A stretch of DNA of 64,000 nucleotides from Styela clava (taxonomy: Eukaryota), in the NCBI RefSeq assembly GCF_964204865.1, contig NC_135254.1, positions 15,190,001 to 15,254,000 of the forward strand. Direction: 5' to 3'. Numbering within the stretch: position 1 is the stretch's first letter; each line of letters begins with the position of its first letter. A program made the position numbers and the translations under genes. This document shows positions 14,801-26,402 of this stretch, in pieces. The notes under the pieces were generated by a model. The model made no database searches. It saw nothing but the letters and a program-made list of their open reading frames with translations, and was not told the origin of the DNA.

Positions 14801-17800
14801 ACTATCTATGTATATACTTAGTTTAAAACAACATAATATGTTATGAAGGTCAAAACGAAAGTATTTTGCTTTTATTTGCAACATTTCTTCAATCAGGGCC
14901 ATCCGAAGGAACTCGCCCGCAGCAATCTGAACAAGGAAGTATAGATGTTTTCATATCCTATGCTAAAGTTAACAGTCCTGCAGCAATAAAAAATCATGAA
15001 ATAGAGTCAAGTCTTCTTCCTCCATCGTATGAAGAAGTTATGATTGAAGAGTTATGCGATCCAAGAGATATAGTATCGCACTTGAAGGAAATGGGTTAGT
15101 GATTATAATGTAAAAAATGCAGAACATGTCACAGGTAACAGTCAAGGGGCACAATAAGATTTATATGCCATTTTATAGATCAAAACTTGTTACACTTTTG
15201 TCTGATTCAACAAGATCAAATCAGCAGTATGTTGTGCTATGGCATAATCTGCGCATAATATGTTTCGCGGAACAGGCTATTATAAATAATATTTAGCAAA
15301 AAAATGAAAAAAAAATTGATAATTTAACCCAGTGCCTTTTATACTTTTTCTGTGCGACTCTGTAATTTATTGAATATTTTTATTAATATGATGCATATAA
15401 CGTTATAGGAGTTAGTGTTTACATCACAGAGGATATAGTTGATGATAATGAAGCAGGTCTGTTGGAAATTGTATCGGCTTTAAAACGGTCTAAAATCTTT
15501 ATCGCATGTCTAAGCGATGAATACGCGAGTAACGACAGGTGTCGGATGGAATTTCAGTATGCTAAGAAAACAATGAGAATACCTGTTATCCCGCTGGTGG
15601 TAAGATCATTTGAAGGCATTCTGTCTTTTTTTTACAATCAACTGTTCCGTAACAGTCAAATTGTTTCAGGTCGGCACGGGTTCATTTCAGTGGAAAATGA
15701 CTGTTGTCGGACTTCTCATTGCGGGGGAACTTTACATTCATTTCAAAGACAAAAGCGTGGAAGGATTCAAAATGAACGAACTTTTCCGCTCTATCAAGAA
15801 ACATATTCCCGAACTTCAACTAAAAAACGTTAATTTTGCGGCGACTGGAAACGCCTCATTAGATCTCATAACAACGCCAGGACTAACTCTAACAGGTGTG
15901 TTTTTTTAATATTCTCGCCCGGGATACAAACGTCCACTTGCTATATGCGAGAATACGCATAGCCTATTTAATTTAACAATGGGTGAAAAAATGCATGGTT
16001 ATGACAACTGACCCGTGGCCTCTGGCCCACTTCGCCAACACATTTAGCCTGGTGGAATTCAACTAAATATTTACTAGACTAATATTGAAATATATTATCA
16101 TAACTTTACAATCATTGAATTTTGAAAAAGCGCAATCGCATTTTATGCATGCGTACAATTCACCTCATGCAAGTCAAGTGCTTCAGCTCATAATCATCAT
16201 ACCTCAATCTACCATGCATGTACGCTCTGTATTTATGTACCAAATTAAAATTTACGGTAGGGGTGTGTAACATTTTTTGTCGGTGGGCCACATAACCAAA
16301 TTCAGACATCTAGCTGGGCCCCAAAACAAAATTAGTTTTCCTATGTACACAACGAATTAAAAAAATATCGACTACTAGAGCGCCGGGGGAAAGGCAAGAG
16401 AAGAGAATGCGGCTATCGCTTTTCCTTCCACTAATAAAGGCACCGGGCAAAACGGCAACAAAATTAACGCAGAGACAAGAGGAAATATCATTAAATATTT
16501 TTACCTATGTAAGTGACTTTTCAATTAAGGATAAACTGTCAAATTAGGATTTAATGCTTGATGATGAAAAATCTGAGTGTTGATAAGGGCCACACTTAAT
16601 GGCTTGGCGAGACGGGTTGTGGCCCGCGGGCCGTAACTAACAACAAGCTTCTCTGCAATATTTCCTGTTCCGCCTTAAATGCCAACTTCTGCAAATTCTA
16701 ATATCAAGGTGCGCAACTCGAGACGGGAGTGCCTGACATTTTCTTCAGCTATTGTTGGTCAAACTCCAAGTCTGCTGCTGATAGAAATCAAATATCAAAA
16801 TATATTGGAAACGAGTGGAATGATCCAAGGGAAATTGCAGACAAGTTAGCACAAGCAAGCGGAGCTGCCACGTGGATCGACATAAAACGTCTAGAAAGTG
16901 CTGCCGATGGCATGGGCATGGTAATCAAATAGATATACCTCTTATATATATACCAAACATTATATTCTGGGTAGAAAATTCAATAGCATCATCGAAACGA
17001 ACTGTCAAGTCAGGAGATTATATTGAATATTATAAAAACATTATTACAGATATAAATGATCATGCGATACGATGTCCCCATTTTCGAGGACAAACGATTT
17101 TGGACAAAGAAATGTGAAAATGCGTTCAAAACCAGCGTTATGCTATACCATATGATTACTTGTAGCTCTTATAATCATATTCAGTCAGACAGAATTTTAA
17201 ATCACCAAGTATTTTATTACATTACTGAATATAATATTAATTTACAATTTTACGTTTAGTTTGGACAAATCGCTTCAGCTATTGGAGATTGCAAAGCGGC
17301 TGTGGCGTGTGTTAGCAATGAATATGCCAACAGCGATAATTGTAGAATGGAGTTACAATATGCTGGTTCTTCCTTGCAAAAACCGCTCATTATTCTCGTT
17401 GTGGGTGAGTCATAACCATAAAGTACTTTCAACGGTGATGAACCTAAGTTGCAAAAATGTAAAATAAACTATCTTTCGTTATCAAGAAAGCTAACAAACT
17501 ATTGTGCAGCTTGAACGAACAAGTAGACTCAATTTTTCCCCCATTGTTTCCAGTCTATCGTACACTTAATGCTGTATTGTATATCGTTGTCCTAATGCAT
17601 GTAGTAATATTTTAGATCGTTTTTTATCTAAAATGTCTGTGATTCGGGAAATGTTCTTTGTTCTAATTCACAAGAAAATTCACACTCTTTAGTTGTGTCA
17701 TTATGTTGTCTTCTTTCTGAAACAGTTTTAAAATAGCCTACATAATTTAATGAAAATCATGATCTTTTAAACGTTTTTATGGCGGCGACAAAGGATGTCA

Positions 17801-20427
17801 CAAGTAACAGTCAATGAAGCACAAATATATTTATAGCTCATTTCATAAATCAAACCTTTTGTCTGATTCATCAAGGAAAATCGTCCAGCATTCTGTTTAC
17901 TCTGGAGAATATAGTATTATTGTGTTATATTTGTTCTCCATTGTTACAGCATATCCACAGTAAACAGTTCATTGGCATCTTCTTTAGTCATGTCGTTGAT
18001 CGTATTTGTTCTGCTTTATTTATGAGAACAGTAAAATCTGGCTTAGAGACGAGTTTGTAAATATCATGCAGCCGACTATTAGGGAATCAAAAAAAATTGA
18101 CTCTGGCACCGCATTTCAACAAACTTCGCTTCTGTCCCGACTCACAAGACTTCAAAATGTCGACTCTGTATGCAATTTTAATGTAAAAGCAAACACTCTA
18201 TCCCGACTTTATCCCACTGCTATGTAACAGTCAACATGGTCGATCAAATAATAATCTTTTATAATATATATATATCAAAGGCGAAGGGTCAGAGTGGAAG
18301 GAAACCGTAGTAGGGAAAGTGTCGTTGCTCGGAAATGCCACAATTAATATGCAAAATATAACAAGCACTGAGGAACTTGATCGAAAAATCACGGAAATCA
18401 AGTAAGTTGGTCGTGATGATTTAGGCTTCAATTTCAATAGCAAACAAGAGAGCTATGCTCAAATATATGGACACGTAGCGCCACCCAGTGGCAATAATTT
18501 TGATGACGTCATAGCGAAAAAAAGTCTTCGGGAGAAAAATTTTATCTTTAACCACTGAAAATATCAAAGCAATTGGTCCAGTATTCGAAGAGAAAAGCGA
18601 TTTTTTTAAAAATGGAGACGGAGACAAATAACAATAACAACAAAATTTTGAAACGATCGTTATGGCCACTAAACGTGTCCAATAATTCGTTATCGGGTAC
18701 AATGAAGTATGCGTACCAAGTATTTGTACCTAAAATTATGGCCTAACCTTAACCAGGTACACATACTACGTCGCGGTGTCCGCCATCTTGGTACGCATAC
18801 TTCAGGAGCGCCCGTTGTTGTAATGCCCGTTCTTGTTGTTAAAATCACAAATAACTGATTACAGTTTTGTTGTTACATGTTGTCAGAAACGCAATTTTTG
18901 AGGTAGATGCTTTTGAGGAATCGTTGGGTGATAGTGTTCTAAGAGACGAAAGTGAAAAGGCATCTTCCGCGAATGAGCGAGTGGTAACGCTGAAAAAGAA
19001 GAAGAGAGCGGTAAAATTTTTCAAAGAAAAATCAAAAATTGTGACAAGATCTATTGTACCAACTTCACCTATAAAGTTCAAAGCTCCAATGATTGGAGAC
19101 CATGTCGTCTGTTTGCATCAAGGATGGGCTTACTATACAGCCACTGTGGTCGAGTTTGACCCAACCGATCTTGTTTACACTGTTGATTGGGACGACGGCG
19201 ATCCTTCCGGCAGAGTGCAATCTTATCAGGTAATGGAGAATTTAGTTTTCAATTTTCATTATTCGCAATTTGAATCACAATTATACCTATAATTAAAAAA
19301 TGCAATTTTTATTCAATTTGTGTTTGCAACCTGATAAAAAGATATATCAATGGTAGGCTATTTGTGCCAAGTTCAGAAACTGTTTATGCTGTCAGCATAG
19401 TTAAACCACTGGCAACAGATTTTGATAGTGGCATATCATGGTAACAAAATTCTAGTAATTCGAAGAACGCCTCGTCTTCCGAACTGGGTAAAATTGTGAT
19501 TTGCTGTCTTATACAGGTCATATGTATATATATATATATATATATATACAACCATGATACGTCTGTTTTTCTTTATATATATATATATATATATATAAGA
19601 GATAGTGGAGATACCGAATGGTATGAATCCATTGAAAAGTTACTTTGCTATAGCACGTTTTAAAGAGAGGCTTCGAGCGCACATTCAATATTGTTCCTTT
19701 TTCGCACAGGATGTTGCAAAGGATGTTATTCCTGATTCTTCTGAAATAGGGGTTGGATCAATTGTAATTTTTCCACAAGGCTCCTATGGTGAAACTGAGG
19801 GAAATAATACAGGTGGAGAGCGTTATCACCAAGGCAAAATTACTTCAATTGACACAAGAGAAGATGGAATCACACGGTAAAAATACATTGTATTTTGCAT
19901 AAAATATAAACAAATAAATGGTATTTTGAGTGAAAATTAGATGAGAGTCGGTATAATTTTAAAAGCAATTAATAGACATCTGAGTCAAACACAATAAAAA
20001 GTAAATTGAACGAAGTGCGACTCGAAATATTCCCTATCCAGTTTCAGAACTTGATGTACTGTCAAACTGCCACATATTGTGATTTAACGTAGTAATACTT
20101 CATTTTTGTAGAAGATGTATTTTTTGTGATTGAGCTGTGGATAGCGTCTTTATGATAACTATTACAGAACAAGCAAATTCCTTAAATACAAATACGTTGT
20201 GTCGTAACTAAATTAGATGCTTATTATAAAATGTAGATCTTTGACCCTTAATTCTTAAATTTAGGTATAATGGAATACACACGAAAAATAAAGATGATGG
20301 CAAGTGGGTGACATTCAGAGGCTACAATTCTTCTTTCCAAAATTTGACGTTGAATCAACTACGTATTTCACCGAATGCTATGGATGCACTTATGGCTTGC
20401 AAGCAAGCTTTCAATTTGAATGGCTGA
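11865..20427 (+). CDS. Myristoylated coiled-coil / tandem-Tudor / TIR-TIR / tandem-Tudor protein, ~845 aa, 15 exons
   Basis: Exons 11865-11922, 12039-12208, 12930-13068, 13421-13583, 14471-14627, 14708-14792, 14897-15094, 15409-15599, 15670-15895, 16709-16920, 17260-17404, 18281-18401, 18887-19229, 19710-19876 and 20265-20427 join in frame (2538 nt). The N-terminus is MGSSGSK. TIR motifs: DVFISY...IFIACLSDEYASNDRCRMEFQYA and DIFFSY...AVACVSNEYANSDNCRMELQYA. Two internal repeats read IGDHVV...Y(F/Y)TAT(I/V)V.FD...YT(I/V)(E/D)WDDGDP.GRV...IGVGS.V.F.QG...HQG.IT...DGKWV. Confidence 0.85.
16258..16655. mobile_element. Degenerate non-autonomous hAT-like element in an intron of the TIR gene
   Basis: Starts TAGGGGTGTGTAAC with GGGCCACA subterminal motifs. 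The end region carries GGCCCGCGGGCCG, a subterminal motif typical of hAT MITEs that also occurs at ~1286 and, partially, ~61460. TSD not confirmed. Confidence 0.4.
18694..18814. mobile_element. ~120 bp MITE; related copies at ~60095-60156 and ~63634-63745
   Basis: TGAAGTATGCGTACCAAG near the left end and CTTGGTACGCATACTTCA near the right end form an inverted repeat. The same GAAGTATG(C/T)G(C/T)ACCAAG...GGTACACA core recurs at 60105 and 63643. Confidence 0.55.
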
Positions 20428-20941
20428 GGTTTAACAAAATATCACTGTCTTCTGATTAAACAGTATTAATACCTTGTTAACTATAGTTCGTAGTTTTCAG
20501 TTCACAATTTATATATATATTACTTTGTCTTAAATAAATATTATGCATTACAAATAAATTCACGGTTTATATTTTTGTATCTAACCAACGATTATCATGT
20601 AATATAAATATATATATATGTGATTAAGTTATACTGTACTGTTTTTGTTGTCATCTTGATGAAAACAGAGCTTTTACAAATGCCTAGCTGTCAATTTTTA
20701 ATGGGCCTTAATTAGTATGCTGGTTGATATTCTACAAGTTTTATTGAGGAGAGGTGATTAAACGCGATTCACAGATTTCAGCAGCAACCCTCCTAGTGCA
20801 TCGATGACTTGAGATGTAACGAGAGAGCAATGGTTATATATGTGGACACGACATTCCAATGACTATGCGCAGTATCTGTCATTTATTCGCCTCACACTTG
20901 GCTCTTGACGAGCAGCTGCACTTTCAACAATAAGTGCATTA

Positions 20942-21250
20942 CATAGGCGTAGATAGGAGGGAGCGAGAGGGGCCATGACCCCTCCCAAATTTCCAAGATT
21001 TTCATTCCTAATCAACCAGTTTTTGTGACATTTACTATTCGGTCGCAGTCATGCTTGCTAATTACATTGCATCGTGTGATATTTCGGGGAAAGAACAACT
21101 AAGCATTGATTTGAGGTATGTGGGCGGTAGCGAAGTGTGCGAGCGCTTCACAGGATTTGGAAATGGATTCCGTTTCTGCCAAATCAATTTTATCAAATAT
21201 TTTGGCCCACCTCACTGGGATAGGACTGGATCAAATTGAGACGTATAAGG
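20942..21250 (+). mobile_element. hAT (Tip100/ZMYM1-like) transposon fragment
   Basis: A CATAGGCGTAG...GGGGCCATGACCCCTCCC left-end-like sequence is followed by ORF 21051-21239 containing DISGKEQLSIDLRYV...CERFTGF, a characteristic hAT catalytic-domain segment. Confidence 0.65.
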
Positions 21251-21982
21251 GTGATTTCAGTTGGTCTTTCTCATAATTATCGATAAGGGAGGGAATTTCA
21301 AACAATCCGTCTCAAAACTAATTTAGTCGTCGATGACGTAATCTGTGGTGTTTTGTCTACACTTCAATTGCTTCACCCAAATGGTAATCTGCAAACTGCC
21401 GGAGAAAATTGGATTATGACGTAATAATGAACGAATGCATGATGGAGTAACTCAAAGTGACTATGAGGACACCGAGTGCAATGATGCGTATCGGCCGCCA
21501 TTCTGGGTCCGGCGAAGCGCGGGTCCGCAACCAGGCTCAGTCTGTTTTGGCTTCGTCAGTCTACTGATCAGGTTTCGTTAGTCATTTAGTCTTTGATTTG
21601 TAACTGTTTTGGATTTCATTCTGGTGAGTTTAGTATTTTTCTTTTGCTGTTTGCCTAGTATAATAATAATTCTACCGTGCGGTTTCGTGAAAGCTGTGAT
21701 AGTATCTCATCTTAACCGCACTGCGTCTTGGGCACTGAGCTTCAAATACATATGGAGCAAACTTCTCTCTCGTTTTGTGTTGGGTTGCCTGTTTTTCGTA
21801 TACTCTTGTAGCGAAAGAGATAATGATTGAAGTAAGCAAACATAGTACGGTGCCTAGCAGTACGGTACCGTATTCGTAACAATATCTGTGTTTACTGGTT
21901 TATGGGATCTTTGCTGTTCAGATTTTGTTTCATTTAGTCTTTCTACATGTTGACATGCTGTAAAGGTATGAAGTTTAATGGT

Positions 21983-22320
21983 GCGGCGGTGTGGCTCATC
22001 GTGCTAAGCGTTAGGAATACGCTCGCCACCGCATCTCTGATTACCCTGCGAGGGTTCGCAGGTTCGAATCCCATGCGGGGTAGTTATGTGCGAGAGGATT
22101 GCTCGACTCCTCGCCGTCGTAGGGTGGTTTACGTAACCGCTGGTTGGTTACGGCTTCCTCCACCATCAAGTCTATGCTTCCGAAAAACAAATAACTAAAA
22201 CTAATCCCATACCCGACATGGACTGGTAACCGGACGAGAGGCCGTGGTTCGCCATATGGTTAAGTCGTCTTATCGGCTTTCCTCTCCCTCGGGATAAATA
22301 TGTAATTCATATCCTATCCT
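21983..22320 (+). mobile_element. tRNA-derived SINE, copy 1 (inside P1)
   Basis: Pol III A-box-like TGGCTCATCGTG and B-box GGTTCGAATCCC, a ~340 bp body and a short ATCCT-repeat tail. Highly similar to the copy at 31438. Confidence 0.85.
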
Positions 22321-22667
22321 AATGTGTGAATCCTACAGGATTAATGAGTTTGATTACTGAAAAATGGTAACTTGTACCCAGAATTTAAAAAAATAACAAA
22401 TGTCACATATTTTATGAGGTAATTTGTTTTCGAAAATCTTGCATTCTAAAATAAAGCTCACTGTAGAAATTATAGTAAGAGGTAGAGTAGTTCGTTGTTC
22501 TGAACTTGAAATTTTTCACAGATGGAAAGTGTACCTGTCTGTCTGTAGGTTCTGTTAGGTGTCATTTATATGCAATTGCTCTACAAATGATATTACAGTA
22601 TAAAATCATCTGTATCATAATCTTGCTAGCCTATGTGATGAGCAAGATTGTTTTTATTCAACAATTA

Positions 22668-25600
22668 TCAAAATTCCTTGCAGGTCGAAAAAGAAATCTT
22701 CATTATTTGTGAAGCAGGAGCGGAAAGGGAAATTGGACAATGTGCTCCATGGCCGCCCATACTCGCAGAACGTTGATTCGCCTACAAATTAATAAAAGAT
22801 TAAGGGTTTTCTTACAGCATTTAAAAACAGTAAAATGCCTTATCTGTCGGGTCGCGCAACCATGTAAAATCCATTGATGCCGCGATAAAGACCCTAGGAA
22901 GAAAAACTTGACTTCTTACTCTTTTTCTAATAAAGCACATCAATATGTGCACAAAGTCTTAAATGTCACACCCAAGCGTCATAAGAAGATGGTGCTAAAT
23001 TCTTCCAGCTGAGCCTGGTTTCACAAAATTTGCTTTTCATTTGATTCAGCTAAATGGCAATGTTTTTTCAATGTAGTGTACTTTTTAAAGTGAAGCTTTA
23101 CCATCGTTTAAGTCTTCCTATGTATTTGATTATGACTATGTCCATCGTATTTCAACGGGATGGCTAAAACCGAATGCCTAAATATTCAGAATTTGTTCAA
23201 AAATAGATTTTCAAATATAGAACATATTCTATACTGAAAATAACTTTAATTACAAAACTGCATTATTCTGTATGTATTTGCTTCAATCACATTTGAAATA
23301 GCGCAAAGATGAGGACCTTTGTTATCACATTTTTGCATGCGTTTGATGAACATTGCTTTGCCCTGCTTGATCGATGCCAAATGTACGTCTCAATCGACAA
23401 TTTGCGAATTTTGATTTTTCAAAATGTTGCTAATGGAACTAAATCATTATATTGAATATAACAAACTTCTAATATATTTGACTGTTGAGTTTTGGACATC
23501 TTGATATCAGGCTTCCATTCCATAAAGTGCTTATACTACAGTCAGAACCAGAGCATTCTGCTTGGTGGGCTTCATTTTTGGGCGGGTGTTTCCCAATTTA
23601 GGAGGTGGTAAATGTTTCGCTATTGCGATTAAAACTATTTGGAGCAGTAATGTGAAAGTGTGGAAATCATGTTTACTTGTTTTATATCAGTGGAAATCTC
23701 CGCCATGTCAAGAGTAAATATGCTTTAGTTAGTTCATGAGCAGTCGAACTCGGCCTAGTGTGGATCTCGTGCTTGAAAATGTAGTTGTTTAGGCGATTAC
23801 ACAGTACACACTATATATAAGTGGAAATAATTGTTTTTGACTGATCTCATAAAAACGCAATAACCTCCACGAGAGAGAAGTTCACCAAAGTCAAAACGGG
23901 ATCTTCAGATGATCCCGCAAAATGAGAGAGAATCGCATATTATTCCATATATATAGTGATAGCTCGGGGACTACAAAGACATATTATATTGTGATCTAGG
24001 CTTGCACGTAATTTACGGATTTACGGAATTACGTAATTATTTGGAGTTACGGAAGGGAAGTTACGAATTACGTAAAGTCGTAATTATTGCATTGAAACGA
24101 GCTTTCTTCAAAGCAGTCAATTTCGTCGATTGCGAAAAATGAAAGCTCAACAAGTAGAAGAGAGTTCCGGTATTCGCAGCCGTTTTTCTCTCTCTTGTTA
24201 CGTAGGTGAAGGAAGGCATGAAGCGTTGCCATTTACTAACCTATTATCAACTTATCTGGCATGGCCAATGTAAATTATTAACGTAGTTAAGGGGGAAGAA
24301 CTGAGTAGGGCCGTTTGACGCCAACACACCTGGTTTTAACTTCTCCCGCAACTTAACCGTAGATAAAGGATAGAATTGCGATGAGACTGATTGACGCCAA
24401 CACACCTGATTTCAACTTCTCTCGCATCTTATCTAGCATGGCCATGGCCAATGTACATAATAACCGTAGATAGGGGGAAGAATTGTGTTAAGACCAATGG
24501 ACGCTAACACGCCCGGTTTCAACTTCTTCGGGTGAAGTGACTAATGAACGCAGGGGATCAATCTATCAAACACGGTCTATCAAACATTTGTATCCATATT
24601 ACTTTTATTTATCATTTACTTGTTCCAGTTTTCCGTTACTTATGGTATATATGTTTCGTTTCTATGTTATAGTCACGCGTTTAAATAGTGGGAATTCCCC
24701 ACCAAGTGTGGATTAGCAATGCTTAACCATTCTTTATTGTTAATATCAACACTTGATATATGAACATGGAATATCATACTGTTTTTGGCTGTTTTATTTC
24801 AGACTTGGGGTATAAACAGGAAAATATCCATAACCTTTCAACACGACGAACTTGTGAAATTTAACGAAGAGCTTTCGCGACGAATTGGAACCAAATAAGC
24901 GAAAAGAGCGATTGATCACTCGCGCCAATTCCTCGCCGTGATAATTAATGTCGCGCGTATCAAATAGCAATATGACGACAAAAGAGAGATTGCGAAATGA
25001 ACCAACGCAACTTCGTCTTCTCGGCATCGGTAAAGCGATTGAGACGGCAGAGAAACAAAAAAACGACGGATTCCTCGCGGACCGCTAAAAATTTTAACTG
25101 CTATCAAATATGAGCCAGTGTGTTTATTCTGTGAGAGATCCATTTTCTATTACAAAATCTTGATGTTCTGTTAACGGTTTTATCGTTATATATCAGTCCG
25201 GACTTGGCCTTGCTCATGATGTTTTTCACAATTCTTCTCAATATTTCGGCCATATATGATTAACTGTCCCACCAAATGCGGCAACTTATTTTGGTTTATC
25301 GTCGACTTGAATACCACCGGCACTCGACCAAATTTGTGTCAATCTTGGCCGATAGGATCGCCGACTTGAGTTAGCAAATAAATGTCGTGAGTGTAAAATA
25401 AATGTCACAAAATGCATTGTTTTGCGATATAACTTTGTATTTTCGGAGAAGGCATATCATGTAAGTTCGGTATTTAAATTATACGCAAATAAATAATATT
25501 TGATCTAAATTTATCGCAAATAATGTTATAAACATTCAGTCCGCGAAATGATTAAATGTAAAATGAAGCATTGTAATCGGAATATCGTCAATAAGTCGAC

Positions 25601-26306
25601 ATCAATAATTATTATTATAAAATGCTAACAAGGCAGTAATGTCGGATAATGCAGAAGACGCTGCAAAAACAAGTCTTCGTCGCGAGGAAATCGCAAGTAT
25701 AATCAAACGAGAGAATACGCTCGTCGTTGGTTAATAAATTAGAAACCCGTAATTTTTATTCAGTACTAAGGTGGTTTTAAAAAACTATCGTTTTCATAAA
25801 TATCCGTATATCAGTGTCGGTAATGATAAAATAAAATTGATCGCATAAAAATGGGACGGTTAATTTGCGAAGGTGATAAAGGAAAACCAAAGCTAACACA
25901 AAAGATAAAAATCAGAATAAAATTAATTTGAATTCACCCCTTGATATTTGTATTTAACATTTGCCGCCGGCGTGTAGTACTGCCAAGAATATGAAAACCC
26001 AATTTCAATGTCCCATTCGGAAAAGATGTGGATTCAATTGGTTGTTATGATAGGTTTAAATGCGTGGAAAAATATCGCAATTACGGGGTCATTACGTAAT
26101 TGATTTTGCCGTAATTACGGAATTGATTTTTGTCAATTACGTGCAAGCCTATTGTGATCGGAACACATAAGATAGAGAAAGACAATAAAATGTGGCCAAA
26201 TACATGTACATGGAAAGTCGATTCCGGTTAGCCACTCTGGGTAATGTTCTGTGGCCGTAAATTTCCGCTTCCTACGGGTCGTTTCATTCACCTGGTCCTC
26301 ATTCAT
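22668..26306 (-). pseudogene. Second, divergently oriented spliced gene of P1 (unknown family, decayed)
   Basis: ATG at 26306 opens MNEDQVNETTRRKRKFTATEHYPEWLTGIDFPCT, followed by a GT donor (~26203). With the hAT insertion removed, a ~70 bp intron leads to a phase-compatible acceptor (exon starts 23970). Further exon-like segments follow: AILSHFAGSSEDPVLTLVNFSLVE, a 54-bp intron, CVLCNRLNNYIFKHEIHTRP..., LIAIAKHLPPPKLG... Stops and frameshifts are present; the 3' limit is approximate. Confidence 0.6.
23997..26151. mobile_element. Non-autonomous hAT element, 2155 bp, nested in P1
   Basis: TIR TAGGCTTGCACGTAATT / AATTACGTGCAAGCCTA. 8-bp TSD TTGTGATC at 23989-23996 and 26152-26159. TTACG subterminal repeats, plus three internal imperfect repeats GACGC(C/T)AACAC...AACTTCT at 24317-24530. 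Confidence 0.9.
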
Positions 26307-26402
26307 TTTGCCAATACTAGTTTTTATAACGCCTAAATTAATATAAACTTGTTCAGTCTAATTTTAATAGTACTGTACATAGATACCACGAAATAAATCA
26401 AG

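Noticed and set aside
15125-17890. Similar ~100 bp sequences in two introns of the TIR gene (~15125 and ~17795) as evidence for the TIR duplication
   Set aside because: The introns are not at equivalent positions in the two TIR domains, so a small dispersed repeat is more likely.
21983-22080. tRNA gene call for the GGTTCGAATCCC-containing segments here and at 31438
   Set aside because: No closed cloverleaf or poly-T terminator. Both continue into the same ~250 bp body with a tandem tail, so they are SINE heads. ORFs 21947, 31415 and 31443 over them are spurious.
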